The notes beneath the pieces were generated by a model. The model ran no database searches and had not been told where the DNA came from. It saw only the letters and a program-made list of their open reading frames with translations. A DNA stretch of 24,454 nt from a virus (lineage: Duplodnaviria; Caudoviricetes), in the IMG/VR virus record IMGVR_UViG_3300032295_003793, positions 1 through 24,454 of that record. One strand, given 5' to 3'. Both the position numbers and the translations under genes were made by a program. This document shows, piece after piece, positions 1-9,834 of the stretch (the first letter of the stretch is position 1; each line of letters opens with the position of its first letter).

Positions 1-1
1 C

Positions 2-1066
2 CTAAGTGGCAATGTGTTGACAGATTTGAATTCAACCAGTGGTATCACTACCACAGCCAATATCACTGGTGGTAATATTATTGCTAGTGCGGCATTTTCC
101 ACAACTGGTAACGTCACTGGCGGTAACTTGATCACAAGTGGTTTGATCACAACAGCTGGCAATATCATAGCGGGCGGCCCTGTGGGCGTTGGTCCGTTTG
201 TGTCCATAACAGGAGCAACAGGAGATATTATCGCCAATAACATCAGTGTAGCCTTTTCAATCAGCACTGGCCTGTCAGGCTCAATATCAACCCCTGGCAA
301 TGTCACTGGTGGCAGTTTGGCCACAGGTGGTTTGGTCACAGCCACTGGCAATATCACTGGCGGCAATATTCGAACTGCTGGACTGATCTCAGCCACAGGC
401 AACATCACTGGCAGCAACCTTAATTTAACTGGCAATATTGTTGACACCGGCGAAATTGCCATATTGACTGGCGCCAGCGGCAACATTAGACTGATACCAA
501 ACGGTACTGGGCAGACCAACGTCACTGGACTGTTGTCAGTGACCGGTAATGTTACAGCAGCCAACGTAGATGTTGCCACAGGCACCGTAAGACTGGGTAA
601 CATTGTCAACGCCAACGGCAATGCCGTGGGCAACATTGGTGCTGCTGGTGCTGGTTTCAACACTATTTTTGCACGAGCCACATCAGCCCTGTATGCTGAC
701 TTGGCAGAAACATACCTGGCAGATGCTGATTATGCGCCTGGTACGGTGGTTGTGTTCGGCGGAGACAAAGAAGTCACACTGTCGCGACAGTCAGATGATC
801 CAAGAGTGGCTGGAGTTATTTCAACCAATCCTGCACATGTCATGAACAGTGGTCTTGAGGGCGAGCACACAGCAGTGGTTGCTCTAGTTGGTAGAGTGCC
901 AACCAATGTGATTGGCCCAGTTCACAAAGGCGATCTCATGGTGAGCTGTGCCAACGGTTATGCACAGGCATCAGCAGCGCCCATGATTGGCACAGTGCTA
1001 GGCAAAGCTCTGGAAGATTTTCTTGATGAACGCGGTACAATTGAAATCGTAGTTGGCAGATTATAA
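2..1066 (+). CDS. Tail fibre/tailspike-like protein, 5'-truncated, with C-terminal intramolecular chaperone/autocleavage (Peptidase_G2-like) domain
   Basis: The frame is open from position 2, upstream of the GTG at 14, so the gene starts before the window. It has Gly/Thr/Asn-rich TGN(V/I)TGGN repeats and a C-terminal ADLAETY...YAPGTVVVFGG...VAGVISTNPA...VALVGRVP...GKALE...IEIVVG block typical of phage fibre chaperone domains. Confidence 0.8.
   Translation, partial: LSGNVLTDLNSTSGITTTANITGGNIIASAAFSTTGNVTGGNLITSGLITTAGNIIAGGPVGVGPFVSITGATGDIIANNISVAFSISTGLSGSISTPGNVTGGSLATGGLVTATGNITGGNIRTAGLISATGNITGSNLNLTGNIVDTGEIAILTGASGNIRLIPNGTGQTNVTGLLSVTGNVTAANVDVATGTVRLGNIVNANGNAVGNIGAAGAGFNTIFARATSALYADLAETYLADADYAPGTVVVFGGDKEVTLSRQSDDPRVAGVISTNPAHVMNSGLEGEHTAVVALVGRVPTNVIGPVHKGDLMVSCANGYAQASAAPMIGTVLGKALEDFLDERGTIEIVVGRL
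50..570 (+). repeat. Degenerate ~17-aa coding repeats (A/T)GN(I/V)TGGN(L/I)xTxGL(I/V) in the fibre shaft
   Basis: Recurrent ggcaa(t/c)(a/g)tcactgg(c/t)gg(c/t)-like units near 55, 106, 296, 346, 398 and 544. Confidence 0.7.
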
Positions 1067-1075
1067 GGATACACA

Positions 1076-1468
1076 ATGGCTTATGTAGGTAATACCCCAC
1101 AGATTGGACAGTACCGTAAACTGGATAATCTCACATTCAACGGTTCTCAAACCAGCTTTCCTATCACTGTGGGCGGACAAAGTGTAAACCCGCCTTCGTC
1201 ATTTGCCATGCTTGTGAGTCTCAACAATGTGGTACTGAATCCTGGCGTAGATTTTAGTATCACTGCCAGCACACTTAGTTTTGCAGTGGCTCCAGCAAAC
1301 AACACACCTTTCTTTGGCTTGATATTTGGAGACACACTATATACTGGCACACCCAGTGACAACACTGTGAGCACTGCAAAAATACAGAATGGCGCTATCA
1401 CTTACGACAAACTGGGCTTGAATACCCAGTCACGTTTGACCGCACTACAGATCATATTCGGAGTTTAA
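1076..1468 (+). CDS. Small virion structural protein (baseplate/fibre-associated beta-sandwich)
   Basis: AAGGA RBS upstream. FNGSQTSF...LVSLNNVVLNPGVDFSI...LSFAVAP resembles repeat domains of T4-like baseplate/fibre proteins. Lies between structural genes. Confidence 0.6.
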   Translation: MAYVGNTPQIGQYRKLDNLTFNGSQTSFPITVGGQSVNPPSSFAMLVSLNNVVLNPGVDFSITASTLSFAVAPANNTPFFGLIFGDTLYTGTPSDNTVSTAKIQNGAITYDKLGLNTQSRLTALQIIFGV

Positions 1469-1472
1469 ACAA

Positions 1473-4400
1473 ATGGCAAGATCAAGAATTTACAACTATG
1501 TGTTTACACCAGGCACAGCCGGGCTAGGCACAATCCAAGTACCCAACAATGTTCCTATTGAAGATTTCCTGGCCATTTACAACACCACTGACAATCTCCC
1601 CATCTTCAACTTTGCAGACAATACCCTGGGAGGTACCGCGGTTTGGACTTCGGGCACCAATGCAAATTTTCCCACTGCCTATGCGGGGACCACCACACTG
1701 ACGCTGAACGCCAGCACAGTGACCATGAGTAGCACAGACGAACTGGCCATTTACTACGAAGATCAAAATCTCAAGGTAGTGCCCTGGAACTTTGGTGTAG
1801 ATGCAATTGGCCGTAGCCGTGTTTCCAACCCTGAATCTCTAATTGACGCTGACTTTGAATATGGCCTGCAAAAAACCAAGTGGGAAAACGTCAGCGTAAA
1901 CAATTACATTCCAGGATTCTACGAGGACATTGGCGGCGATATAGTTTACAACGTCAATGGTTATGCCAGTCTCTTGGCCGGTGATGATCTAATTACATCC
2001 AACACTGACACAGCGTTGCGCTTGAGCAATCCTACTTCAACTGTTACACCCACAAGTGTTTTGAGTCCGCAATGGATAGCCAATGATTACGCCTTGCTGA
2101 TTAGCCAAACTCAAGGCAACACCTTGGCCTTCAACACATCCTATGTCACCAGCAATGTACAAAGTTCAGCGGAACGAACATTCAACGTTGGCAGTACAAC
2201 TGGATTCACTGTTGGCGACAATGTGTTGTTGCTGAGCCGCCCCTTGAGCGGTGCTGGCGGCACCACTGTGGCAGTGGCCAACGTAACCAGTCCCCTTACA
2301 ACCACAATCAACGTGGCCAATGCAGCCGCTGCCAACATTGTGGACGGTTCCTATATCTTGATTGCTACTGAAACAGCCAATGTGTTTGAAGCATGTGCTG
2401 TGACTGGTATTACCGCCAACATTCTCACAGTGACACGACAAACCAACAACACAAACGCAGGCAACGCCAATCTGCTGATTGGCGCCAGTGTCACCAACGT
2501 TGATCGTATTGAGGTAGCCAGAATTGACGAAGTAACCAGCGCAACACAGGTGCAGCTCACACGTGGTTGGTACAACATTCCGCCTGCAGCACAATACGGA
2601 GTTGGCAGTGTGATGCAAAAAGTCAGCAGCAACGTTGAACTTGTACAACACACAGCAGTCAGCACTGCTATCAACGGATCACAGACTATCTCTCGTGGTC
2701 AGTTCAGCACCACTGCACTCACTGGTGCAGGTGCAGGCAGCTTCATGGTACGCATGACCGGCATTTTCTATGCCACTGGTGACAACAACATACCGCAGGT
2801 TGGAGTAAATCAAAGTGATACTCCCATTGACGCAGGTGAATTTGTCAGTAGTCAAAACACAGAAAACACCAACGTTGACGGTATCAATCTTGTGTTCCAA
2901 GACAACACCAATAACTTTTTCTATTATCCACGACGCAGTCCTGCACTGGTTCCGGGCTTCCCCATCAACAACTATGCTTCAGTGGTGCGTCAGGCTTTCC
3001 CTTACACAGGTGCAAACTTTGACATTGTTAGCATTGTGAGTGACGGCGCTAACCCTAGTACCATAACAATCACCACACGATATGCACATGGCATGGTGCC
3101 AGGAACTCCAATTTTGGTGAACTTGACTTCAGGCACCAACCAAGCATATGGCGAAGGCAGCTTCCTAATTCTCAGTGTGCCCACAACCACAACCTTTACC
3201 TATCAGGCCAAGACCGGAGCCGCGGTTTCTGGCAGTCTTGATGGGCAGCTATATGTACGAAGCAATGCAACTTTCCTGCCAAGACCATTTGATGGCGGCG
3301 TGGTAATTAGTTCTGGATCGCCAACTCGTGGTGCCAGCGCACAGCGACAAACCAAAAAATATTTCCGTTATCAGTCTGGTAAAGGCATCTTCTTCTCCAC
3401 TGGTACAACACTGCAGCCCACATATGACATTGCTGACATTGTGGCCGACGGCACTGCTATCAACAGCAATATTACTGTCACAGTGGATCTGCCACATGGT
3501 CTCAATCCTGGTGCTACATGCTGGATTCAGAACGTCACAACTTCAGGCTACGATTTCAATGGTTATGTAGTGACTGAAATTGTGAGCGATATAGCGTTCA
3601 AAGTAGAAGCACAAGCAGTATTGGGCAGTGTAACTCCTATACTGGGACAGCAGCCCAGAGTCAGCGTCACCGGTTGGCACGGTGCAGCGGTGAGAACCGG
3701 CATGTACGATGATCAAAACGGCATGTTCTGGGAACATGACGGACAGAATCTCTGCGTGGTTCAGCGTAGTTGCACAAGCCAACTGGCAGGCTTGGTCAGC
3801 ATTGGTATCAGCAGCAACCTAGTCACAGGTGATGGCACCTGTAGATTCCAAGACCAGCTCAACAACGGTGACATTGTTGTGATACGTGGCATGACCTATT
3901 CTGTCACCAGCATCATTGACAACAACAGACTCACTGTGGTTCCTCCGTTCCGTGGAGTAGAAAATCAAACTCGTGTGAAAATGGCATTGCGCACAGAAAT
4001 TCGAGTGAGACAGCCAGATTTCAACATTGACGTCATAGACGGTACTGGTCCCAGTGCATTCACCTACGATTCTACCAAGATGCAGATGTATGCCTTGGAA
4101 TTCAGCTGGTACGGTGCTGGTAGTGTGATTTGGATGATTCGCGGACAAGATGGTAGATTTGCCTGGGCACATCGTAGAATCAACAACAACGTCAACATTG
4201 AAGCATTCATGCGTACTGGTAACCTGCCAGCAAGATACGAAGCAATCAACGAGACTCCGGTCAGTGCTTTGGCCAGTGCTATTAACTCAAGTGCAACACA
4301 GATCACTCTACTTGATGCCACAGACTATCCAGACGCCAGTGTTCCTTATCCGGTGTTTGTGATGATTGACAGTGAAATCATCAAGTACACCAACAAAGAA

Positions 4401-5465
4401 GGCAATGTGTTGCAGGGATGCACACGAGGTGCTACATTCACTCAATGGATCGAGGGAGCCAATCGAAGCTTTACCAGCAGTGCTGCCACCAGCCATGACG
4501 AAAACACTGGTGTGCTGATTATCAGTAATACCTGTACGCCCCTGGTGAACCACTGGGGTAGTGCAATCATCATGGACGGTAACTTCAACGGTGACGAGGG
4601 CTTCCAGTTTACTTTCAACCGTACCAACTTTGGTTTGCCAGCCACAATTGGACAAAAACTCTTGGTGTTCGCCATGAGATTGGCACCTAGTGTAAGCAAC
4701 GGTATCATTGGTAATCTAGGACAACGCGATCTCATCAACAGATCTGCTCTGTCACTGACAGGTTTGAATATTCAAGTTACTGCTGGTCGATATCTTGTGG
4801 AAGGCATTATCAATCCCACCAATATTGACAGTGCCAATACCACCTGGGTGGGTATCAACAACGCAGGCGGCGGCTTTCAGCCCAGCTTCACACAGTTCAG
4901 TACTTCGCCAAGATACACAGACATAGTGTCAGGTGGCACAACTGATGCACCCTTGAACACCGTTGGTGGTTTCAGTAGATCGGGTGTCAAAGTAACATTC
5001 AGCAGAACTCAAACTTTTTCTGGTATCAGCCCCACTGTGGTGAGTTCAAGCGGCACTGGTGCCAACGTAACTGTGCAGTTAACAAGCTCAGGAACTTCAT
5101 ACAGTACAACTACCACAGCTATCACTGTACAGGTGTCAGGCAGTGGTTATGCAGTGGGCGACACACTGAGAGTTTTAGGAAACGTGATAGGCGGCGCAAC
5201 ACCGCTGAACGATCTGAACTTGACTGTGGCCGCGGTTACAGTGGATATTCAAGGTGGTGAACGACTGTTTGCGATTCCGGTAAGTTCGGTGAACCAGGGT
5301 GTGTTGGATCTAGGTCAAGTCAAGCAGCTGGGTACTTCAGCCATTCCAGGAACAGGCACCTTTCCCAATGGTCCAGAAGTATTGGCAGTGACTGTTCAAT
5401 CACTAAACACAGTCAGTAACCCTGTGGGCGAAGTGCAGATCAGCTTCCAAGAAAGCCAGGCTTAA
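1473..5465 (+). CDS. Large (1330 aa) virion structural protein, baseplate/fibre-type
   Basis: Thr/Gly/Asn/Val-rich and beta-rich. Two ITIT..HG(M/L).PG modules, an RQTKKYFRYQSGKG motif and a GSGYAVGDTL motif, as seen in large structural proteins of T4-like aquatic phages. Confidence 0.7.
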   Translation: MARSRIYNYVFTPGTAGLGTIQVPNNVPIEDFLAIYNTTDNLPIFNFADNTLGGTAVWTSGTNANFPTAYAGTTTLTLNASTVTMSSTDELAIYYEDQNLKVVPWNFGVDAIGRSRVSNPESLIDADFEYGLQKTKWENVSVNNYIPGFYEDIGGDIVYNVNGYASLLAGDDLITSNTDTALRLSNPTSTVTPTSVLSPQWIANDYALLISQTQGNTLAFNTSYVTSNVQSSAERTFNVGSTTGFTVGDNVLLLSRPLSGAGGTTVAVANVTSPLTTTINVANAAAANIVDGSYILIATETANVFEACAVTGITANILTVTRQTNNTNAGNANLLIGASVTNVDRIEVARIDEVTSATQVQLTRGWYNIPPAAQYGVGSVMQKVSSNVELVQHTAVSTAINGSQTISRGQFSTTALTGAGAGSFMVRMTGIFYATGDNNIPQVGVNQSDTPIDAGEFVSSQNTENTNVDGINLVFQDNTNNFFYYPRRSPALVPGFPINNYASVVRQAFPYTGANFDIVSIVSDGANPSTITITTRYAHGMVPGTPILVNLTSGTNQAYGEGSFLILSVPTTTTFTYQAKTGAAVSGSLDGQLYVRSNATFLPRPFDGGVVISSGSPTRGASAQRQTKKYFRYQSGKGIFFSTGTTLQPTYDIADIVADGTAINSNITVTVDLPHGLNPGATCWIQNVTTSGYDFNGYVVTEIVSDIAFKVEAQAVLGSVTPILGQQPRVSVTGWHGAAVRTGMYDDQNGMFWEHDGQNLCVVQRSCTSQLAGLVSIGISSNLVTGDGTCRFQDQLNNGDIVVIRGMTYSVTSIIDNNRLTVVPPFRGVENQTRVKMALRTEIRVRQPDFNIDVIDGTGPSAFTYDSTKMQMYALEFSWYGAGSVIWMIRGQDGRFAWAHRRINNNVNIEAFMRTGNLPARYEAINETPVSALASAINSSATQITLLDATDYPDASVPYPVFVMIDSEIIKYTNKEGNVLQGCTRGATFTQWIEGANRSFTSSAATSHDENTGVLIISNTCTPLVNHWGSAIIMDGNFNGDEGFQFTFNRTNFGLPATIGQKLLVFAMRLAPSVSNGIIGNLGQRDLINRSALSLTGLNIQVTAGRYLVEGIINPTNIDSANTTWVGINNAGGGFQPSFTQFSTSPRYTDIVSGGTTDAPLNTVGGFSRSGVKVTFSRTQTFSGISPTVVSSSGTGANVTVQLTSSGTSYSTTTTAITVQVSGSGYAVGDTLRVLGNVIGGATPLNDLNLTVAAVTVDIQGGERLFAIPVSSVNQGVLDLGQVKQLGTSAIPGTGTFPNGPEVLAVTVQSLNTVSNPVGEVQISFQESQA

Positions 5466-5912
5466 TCAAACTGATATAGTCACAGCAAAATCCTGCTCCA
5501 ACAGCAGGATTTTGTCTTTTACAGCGTCAATGTTGACAGTGTTCCAGAGTCCGGGATGCATGGGTTTGGGGAAGACACCGGCGTTGATCCAGGCATAGCC
5601 AAGGTGTTCGTGATTGAGTGTGGGCACAAATTCTTGATCCACACTGCATACCCAGGTGTGGTATTCAAAAGTTCCGTCGGCCGATGTGAATTTTTCCAAG
5701 GGTATCAATCGTCGGTATGCAGGAAAGAATCCCAGTTCTTCCATGCACTCACGTTCCATGCCACCCAGTAGAGTTTCTGTGCCTTCTAGTTTGCCGCCAG
5801 GCAATCCCCAGGTGCTGGGATGCTTGTTGTCGTTGCGCAAAAGGTATAGATATCTTCCGGTTTGATTTGATCTAAACCAAACCCCTACTGCCTTTAAAGC
5901 ACCAGAGTCCAC
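5466..5912 (-). CDS. Nudix hydrolase
   Basis: Exact Nudix box GX5EX7REUXEEXGU: G-KLEGT-E-TLLGGME-RE-CM-EE-LGF, plus WGLPGG and LNHEH..YAW. Start taken as GTG at 5912 (GAAGGGGG upstream) rather than 5951, which shortens the overlap with the upstream gene; the start is uncertain. Confidence 0.9.
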   Translation of the reverse strand: MDSGALKAVGVWFRSNQTGRYLYLLRNDNKHPSTWGLPGGKLEGTETLLGGMERECMEELGFFPAYRRLIPLEKFTSADGTFEYHTWVCSVDQEFVPTLNHEHLGYAWINAGVFPKPMHPGLWNTVNIDAVKDKILLLEQDFAVTISV

Positions 5913-7312
5913 AGACCCCCTTCGTAAACTCCTTGATAGCTCTTGACCCAATTTTCACCGTTCCATTCGTATTGAATTGCAGTGGTCAGATTGGTTACAT
6001 ATTGACCGCCTGTGGTGACCTGCGCTGCAGAAAACACCACTTGCCAACGATTGCCGCGATATTCAATGATGTCGTTGGCACGAGCCACCAAGGGTATGTC
6101 TGATCGTTGTCCATCGCCGATCCAGGCCGAGGCTGCAATGGCACCGCCTTGACCAGGAGATCCTGTGTCTTCGGTCAACAGGTAACGTTGACCATCTGCA
6201 GGATTGGGCAGACCAAATCTTGGTGCACTGACTAGTGGATTTATCACTGCATCCACGGGTGGCAATGTATTTTGTGGTATGGTATCAACATCAACATCAT
6301 ACAACAAGAAACGATCATCTATGGGATCTAGAGTCACAGTGCCTATCACTTCAGTGCCGTCGGATTGGGTAAGACGTATTTGACTCACACCAGGACGCAG
6401 TGTGCCGTACATGTCAATCACAGCGGGCCACAACAGATTGCTGTTGCTAACAATCACTGTGGGATCAATGCTGTCGTTTTCGGGCTCGTCAGCAAAGGCC
6501 AAGGCTGGTCTTACCACCTGTATTCTGTTGCCAATCACAACCACTGCATAGTTGTAGGGTGTGATGATCTGGCGGGTGCCCAACAGTAAGTCACTATTGG
6601 CCACAGCATTGTTGATGTCGCCTTGTACATCGTACATGCTGGCAATCACACGTTCAACAACACCTAGTTTCTTGACCTTGGCAGGAGGGCTGATCCAAAT
6701 TGGCAAACTGAATTTCAATGTGGCCACATCAATTGAATCATTGTTGCCGGTGGGTATGGTACGGCTGCTCCAGGTCACACTGTCAAGGTAAACCAAACTG
6801 AGACTGGTCCAGTCAATGAAATTGTCTGTGCTCTGTATTTCAAGACTGGGGTTGAACATTATCAACATTTGTTCTAGCAGTTGCAATTTTTGATTTGTGT
6901 TGGAGGTCCAGATGTCAAGTGTGATACCAAGATTATAAGGCACTGGCATCAAGCGTTCTATGGTAAAAGCATTGCCTTGGGTGCGCTCGTAACTATCAGT
7001 CTGTTCATCGTAGGTACGCTGGCGCACATTAATTTTGCTCACAAAGTATGGCTCTTGCATGCGAGGTCTGTCATACTCAAGGCTGTGAACATAAAAAGTC
7101 ATCAAGGGGCTTGATGGCAAATTGTTTGCTGAATTTTCTTGAATAACGGTCTGTGCATTGCGAGTAGAATCACCGTAGCGCACAGGAACTCTCAACAGTG
7201 CTGCTGACTCACTGTCGTCTTCGCGACCGTATTCAATTTGAAAATTACTGCAGATTCTAGCAAATTGCAACAGGAATCTGCGTATTTGATCATCGTAAAA
7301 AAATTGTTGCAT
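5894..7312 (-). CDS. T4 gp15-like tail sheath stabiliser/tail terminator with C-terminal extension
   Basis: FFYDDQIRRFLLQFARI...VPVRYG...LEYDRPR...PVPYNLGITLDIWTSN..QKLQLLEQML.MFNP...ATLKFSLPIWISPP matches the gp15 pattern. Directly follows the gp14-like gene. Confidence 0.85.
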   Translation of the reverse strand: MQQFFYDDQIRRFLLQFARICSNFQIEYGREDDSESAALLRVPVRYGDSTRNAQTVIQENSANNLPSSPLMTFYVHSLEYDRPRMQEPYFVSKINVRQRTYDEQTDSYERTQGNAFTIERLMPVPYNLGITLDIWTSNTNQKLQLLEQMLIMFNPSLEIQSTDNFIDWTSLSLVYLDSVTWSSRTIPTGNNDSIDVATLKFSLPIWISPPAKVKKLGVVERVIASMYDVQGDINNAVANSDLLLGTRQIITPYNYAVVVIGNRIQVVRPALAFADEPENDSIDPTVIVSNSNLLWPAVIDMYGTLRPGVSQIRLTQSDGTEVIGTVTLDPIDDRFLLYDVDVDTIPQNTLPPVDAVINPLVSAPRFGLPNPADGQRYLLTEDTGSPGQGGAIAASAWIGDGQRSDIPLVARANDIIEYRGNRWQVVFSAAQVTTGGQYVTNLTTAIQYEWNGENWVKSYQGVYEGGLWTLVL

Positions 7313-7315
7313 AAG

Positions 7316-8611
7316 TTAACCGCCGTTGTCTGCCTGTGGGCGTAGTATGTCACTGAGACTTTGTCTACTGGGTATGGGTCCTCGATCTGTGGTATTGACA
7401 GTGCCGGTATTGTTGACAAAGCCACTGCGCAGGTTCCGGTTTTCTGGTCCGTTGTTGGGACTGGTTCGCACGCCATCTTCAATCTTGACCCAACGCACTC
7501 CGTCATATCTAAACAGTCTGTTGGGGAAGTAGTCCAATCTGAGACAGTAATCGCCCACCACGGGACTGACTGGAAATGCCACTCCACTGGTGACAGGATA
7601 TCCATTGGGCACATTGTCTCCAGTGAGATATCCACGAGTGTACCCAGGTCCTGACGGAGTGATGTTCATGCCACCCTGAGTACCGTCCACTGTGACGTCA
7701 AGATCATCAGCTGTGAGCCCGTCTGGGTTGGCTGGCTGCCCGTCCAGGGTGGGTTCAATATAAAACAGATTGGTATCGTAACCAGTTAATGGAACTTCAA
7801 TTTCGGCCTGAGTCAAGATAGCATCATTGATTTCTTGATCCTTGGGCCGAGTGGTCATGGTCTCGGCCTCGGTGGGCGGAGTGTATGGCAGCCAGTATCC
7901 AGTGTTGGTGATATCTGTTCCAGCCGGCGTGTTTTGCACAGCCTGGTAATAGTTGCCATTGTAATTGACCACTGACCCCACAGGATAGAAATTTCCATTG
8001 TCCCAGATGTTTTCTGTCACCTGCGGCTTGTTCAAAATATCTTTGTATTCCTGACCGTTGGTCATGGGTGTGGCCTTGACTCTCCACACATGGGGCAGCC
8101 AGGTCTGACTGAATCCTTCGCTGGCAAAAGCCGCATCTTGAATCACGTAGTATTTGGGCAATGGCAAGCGACCTGGGTTGAGCGGATTGTAGTCTTTGAG
8201 ATTGGGTATCTCTAACACATCGCCGTTCATGAGCTTGCGCCCAAAAGTGTCTATCATGTCATTGTAGTGAAATGTGATAAACAGCGTGTCATTCTGCAAA
8301 AACAGCCCAAACTGAGTGAGATCAAAATCAATGTCTTGTTGGTTGTAAACACCACGCATGACGTAGATGTCCTGATCATACACTCGATCACGGTTTTCCA
8401 ACAGCAATAGATCCTGAATATTCAATGGATCTTGCAAGTCGTAAATAGGGATAGTAGCGTCGTTGGTTCCTGTTGTGGGTCCGGTTATTGGACCAAGATA
8501 TTTGTGTACATAGATGTCTAGCCCGCCCACAGTGTATTGCTCGGACACAGTTCTGTCCAAAAATTGATAATCACGAGTGCGATTGGGGCGGTAAAGGCTG
8601 AGTCTAGGCAT
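7316..8611 (-). CDS. T4 gp14-like neck/head-closure protein with accessory domains
   Basis: YTVGGLDIY, DLTQFGLFLQNDTLFITFH and GDVLEIP...YYVIQD motifs fit gp14. Adjacent to the gp15-like gene and preceded by TAAATA. Confidence 0.7.
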   Translation of the reverse strand: MPRLSLYRPNRTRDYQFLDRTVSEQYTVGGLDIYVHKYLGPITGPTTGTNDATIPIYDLQDPLNIQDLLLLENRDRVYDQDIYVMRGVYNQQDIDFDLTQFGLFLQNDTLFITFHYNDMIDTFGRKLMNGDVLEIPNLKDYNPLNPGRLPLPKYYVIQDAAFASEGFSQTWLPHVWRVKATPMTNGQEYKDILNKPQVTENIWDNGNFYPVGSVVNYNGNYYQAVQNTPAGTDITNTGYWLPYTPPTEAETMTTRPKDQEINDAILTQAEIEVPLTGYDTNLFYIEPTLDGQPANPDGLTADDLDVTVDGTQGGMNITPSGPGYTRGYLTGDNVPNGYPVTSGVAFPVSPVVGDYCLRLDYFPNRLFRYDGVRWVKIEDGVRTSPNNGPENRNLRSGFVNNTGTVNTTDRGPIPSRQSLSDILRPQADNGG

Positions 8612-8618
8612 AGTGTTG

Positions 8619-8626
8619 TATTTACC
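8619..8626 (-). promoter_or_regulatory. T4-type late promoter (GGTAAATA) for the gp14-gp15-Nudix block
   Basis: TATTTACC on the + strand, 7 nt upstream of the ATG at 8611. Resembles the T4 gp55 late consensus TATAAATA. Confidence 0.65.
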
Positions 8627-8634
8627 GTACCAGC

Positions 8635-8663
8635 TTGACCAAAAATCTGTAAAGTGCTATACT
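8635..8663 (+). promoter_or_regulatory. Sigma70-type (early) promoter
   Basis: TTGACC (8635-8640), a 17-nt spacer, then TATACT (8658-8663) with an extended -10 TG at 8655-8656. Confidence 0.8.
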
Positions 8664-8686
8664 ATGTTGTTACCTTGGAGATCGTT

Positions 8687-9820
8687 ATGAAAACAGCAAT
8701 CAAGCCAATGAATCCCAAAAGTCCAGATCTAAAATACACAGGGCCCGAGCCAGACTGGCGCAAACAGCCCGACGCTGAACTTCGTACCAGCACTCTAACA
8801 CGAGCGTTTGGCTGGTACAACTACTTCTATGGTAAAAAAGAAGCTCGGGACATGTTGGCAAATTGGCTAGAATCTCAAGGCCGCAAAACTGATGTGCGAA
8901 GACTGCGCCGAGTGCCTGACAGTGCCATTAGATGCACTGCGGCCTGGTTATGCCGCATGCAAACAGTGGGCCTTGAACTCACGGACAGTGAAAGCAACAA
9001 GTTAGAAAGCATGGTTGTGACCATGCTGTCACAAGAACAAGCCACCGCAGTTGACGTACCAGAAGCCGCGGCACCAGTGAGCAAGGTCACGATTCAAGAT
9101 CGTTTGCGTGAAAAGGTCAGCGAGTGTGCTGGCGAGATTGACGGCATGTTTGATGACTTTATTGCTGCCGGCGCCAAGATGAGTGCAGACTTCAAACCCA
9201 TTTCCACCATACGTGGCATGAACGTAGCGCCACAGATGGTGAATGAAATAGCCCAGGCCTGGAAACAGCGTTTGGCAGAATTTGAAACTGTGGTGTCTGG
9301 CACTGATTCTCAATTAGTAGAAGCATATCAGCATCTGTCAAAGATTCAGTTGAGAAACATTGTGAAGTTTTGCGAGACGGTGATCAACGACTGCGGTGCA
9401 TACGTACAGATCAAAAAAGTAGAACGTAAACCTCGCAAGGCCAAGCCTGTGAGTCCTGAGAAACGTGCTGCCAAGTTCAAATATCTCACAGAGTTCGCCG
9501 AACTCAAACTCAAAAGTATTCCGGCTAGCCAATTGGTTGACAAGAGCGAAGCCTGGCTTTACAACACCAAAACTCGCAAGCTAATTCACCTGGTGGCAGA
9601 CAGCCATGTTGGGCAATTCACACTCAAGTCCAACACTGTGATTGGTTACAGCACAGCTGAAAGCATGCAAAAGACTCTGCGCAAACCAGCTGAAGTTTTG
9701 AAAGAAATCATGGCCGGGGGCAAACCTGCTGCTCGCAAGGTATACAAGGATCTAAAGACAACAGAAACTGCTTTCAACGGGCGCGGCAACGAACATATTG
9801 TGATCCTCAAAAGTTGGTAA
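8687..9820 (+). CDS. Hypothetical phage protein (377 aa, Lys-rich C-terminus), probably early-expressed
   Basis: Long ORF. Start reassigned to ATG 8687 because GGAG lies at 8677-8680 and the track start (8654) falls inside the promoter. No recognisable motif. Confidence 0.8.
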   Translation: MKTAIKPMNPKSPDLKYTGPEPDWRKQPDAELRTSTLTRAFGWYNYFYGKKEARDMLANWLESQGRKTDVRRLRRVPDSAIRCTAAWLCRMQTVGLELTDSESNKLESMVVTMLSQEQATAVDVPEAAAPVSKVTIQDRLREKVSECAGEIDGMFDDFIAAGAKMSADFKPISTIRGMNVAPQMVNEIAQAWKQRLAEFETVVSGTDSQLVEAYQHLSKIQLRNIVKFCETVINDCGAYVQIKKVERKPRKAKPVSPEKRAAKFKYLTEFAELKLKSIPASQLVDKSEAWLYNTKTRKLIHLVADSHVGQFTLKSNTVIGYSTAESMQKTLRKPAEVLKEIMAGGKPAARKVYKDLKTTETAFNGRGNEHIVILKSW

Positions 9821-9834
9821 TCCTGCGTTTTGAA

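Noticed and set aside
8654-8686. Track start at 8654 for the 388-aa ORF
   Set aside because: It lies within the -10 region of the promoter; ATG 8687 has a GGAG RBS at suitable spacing.
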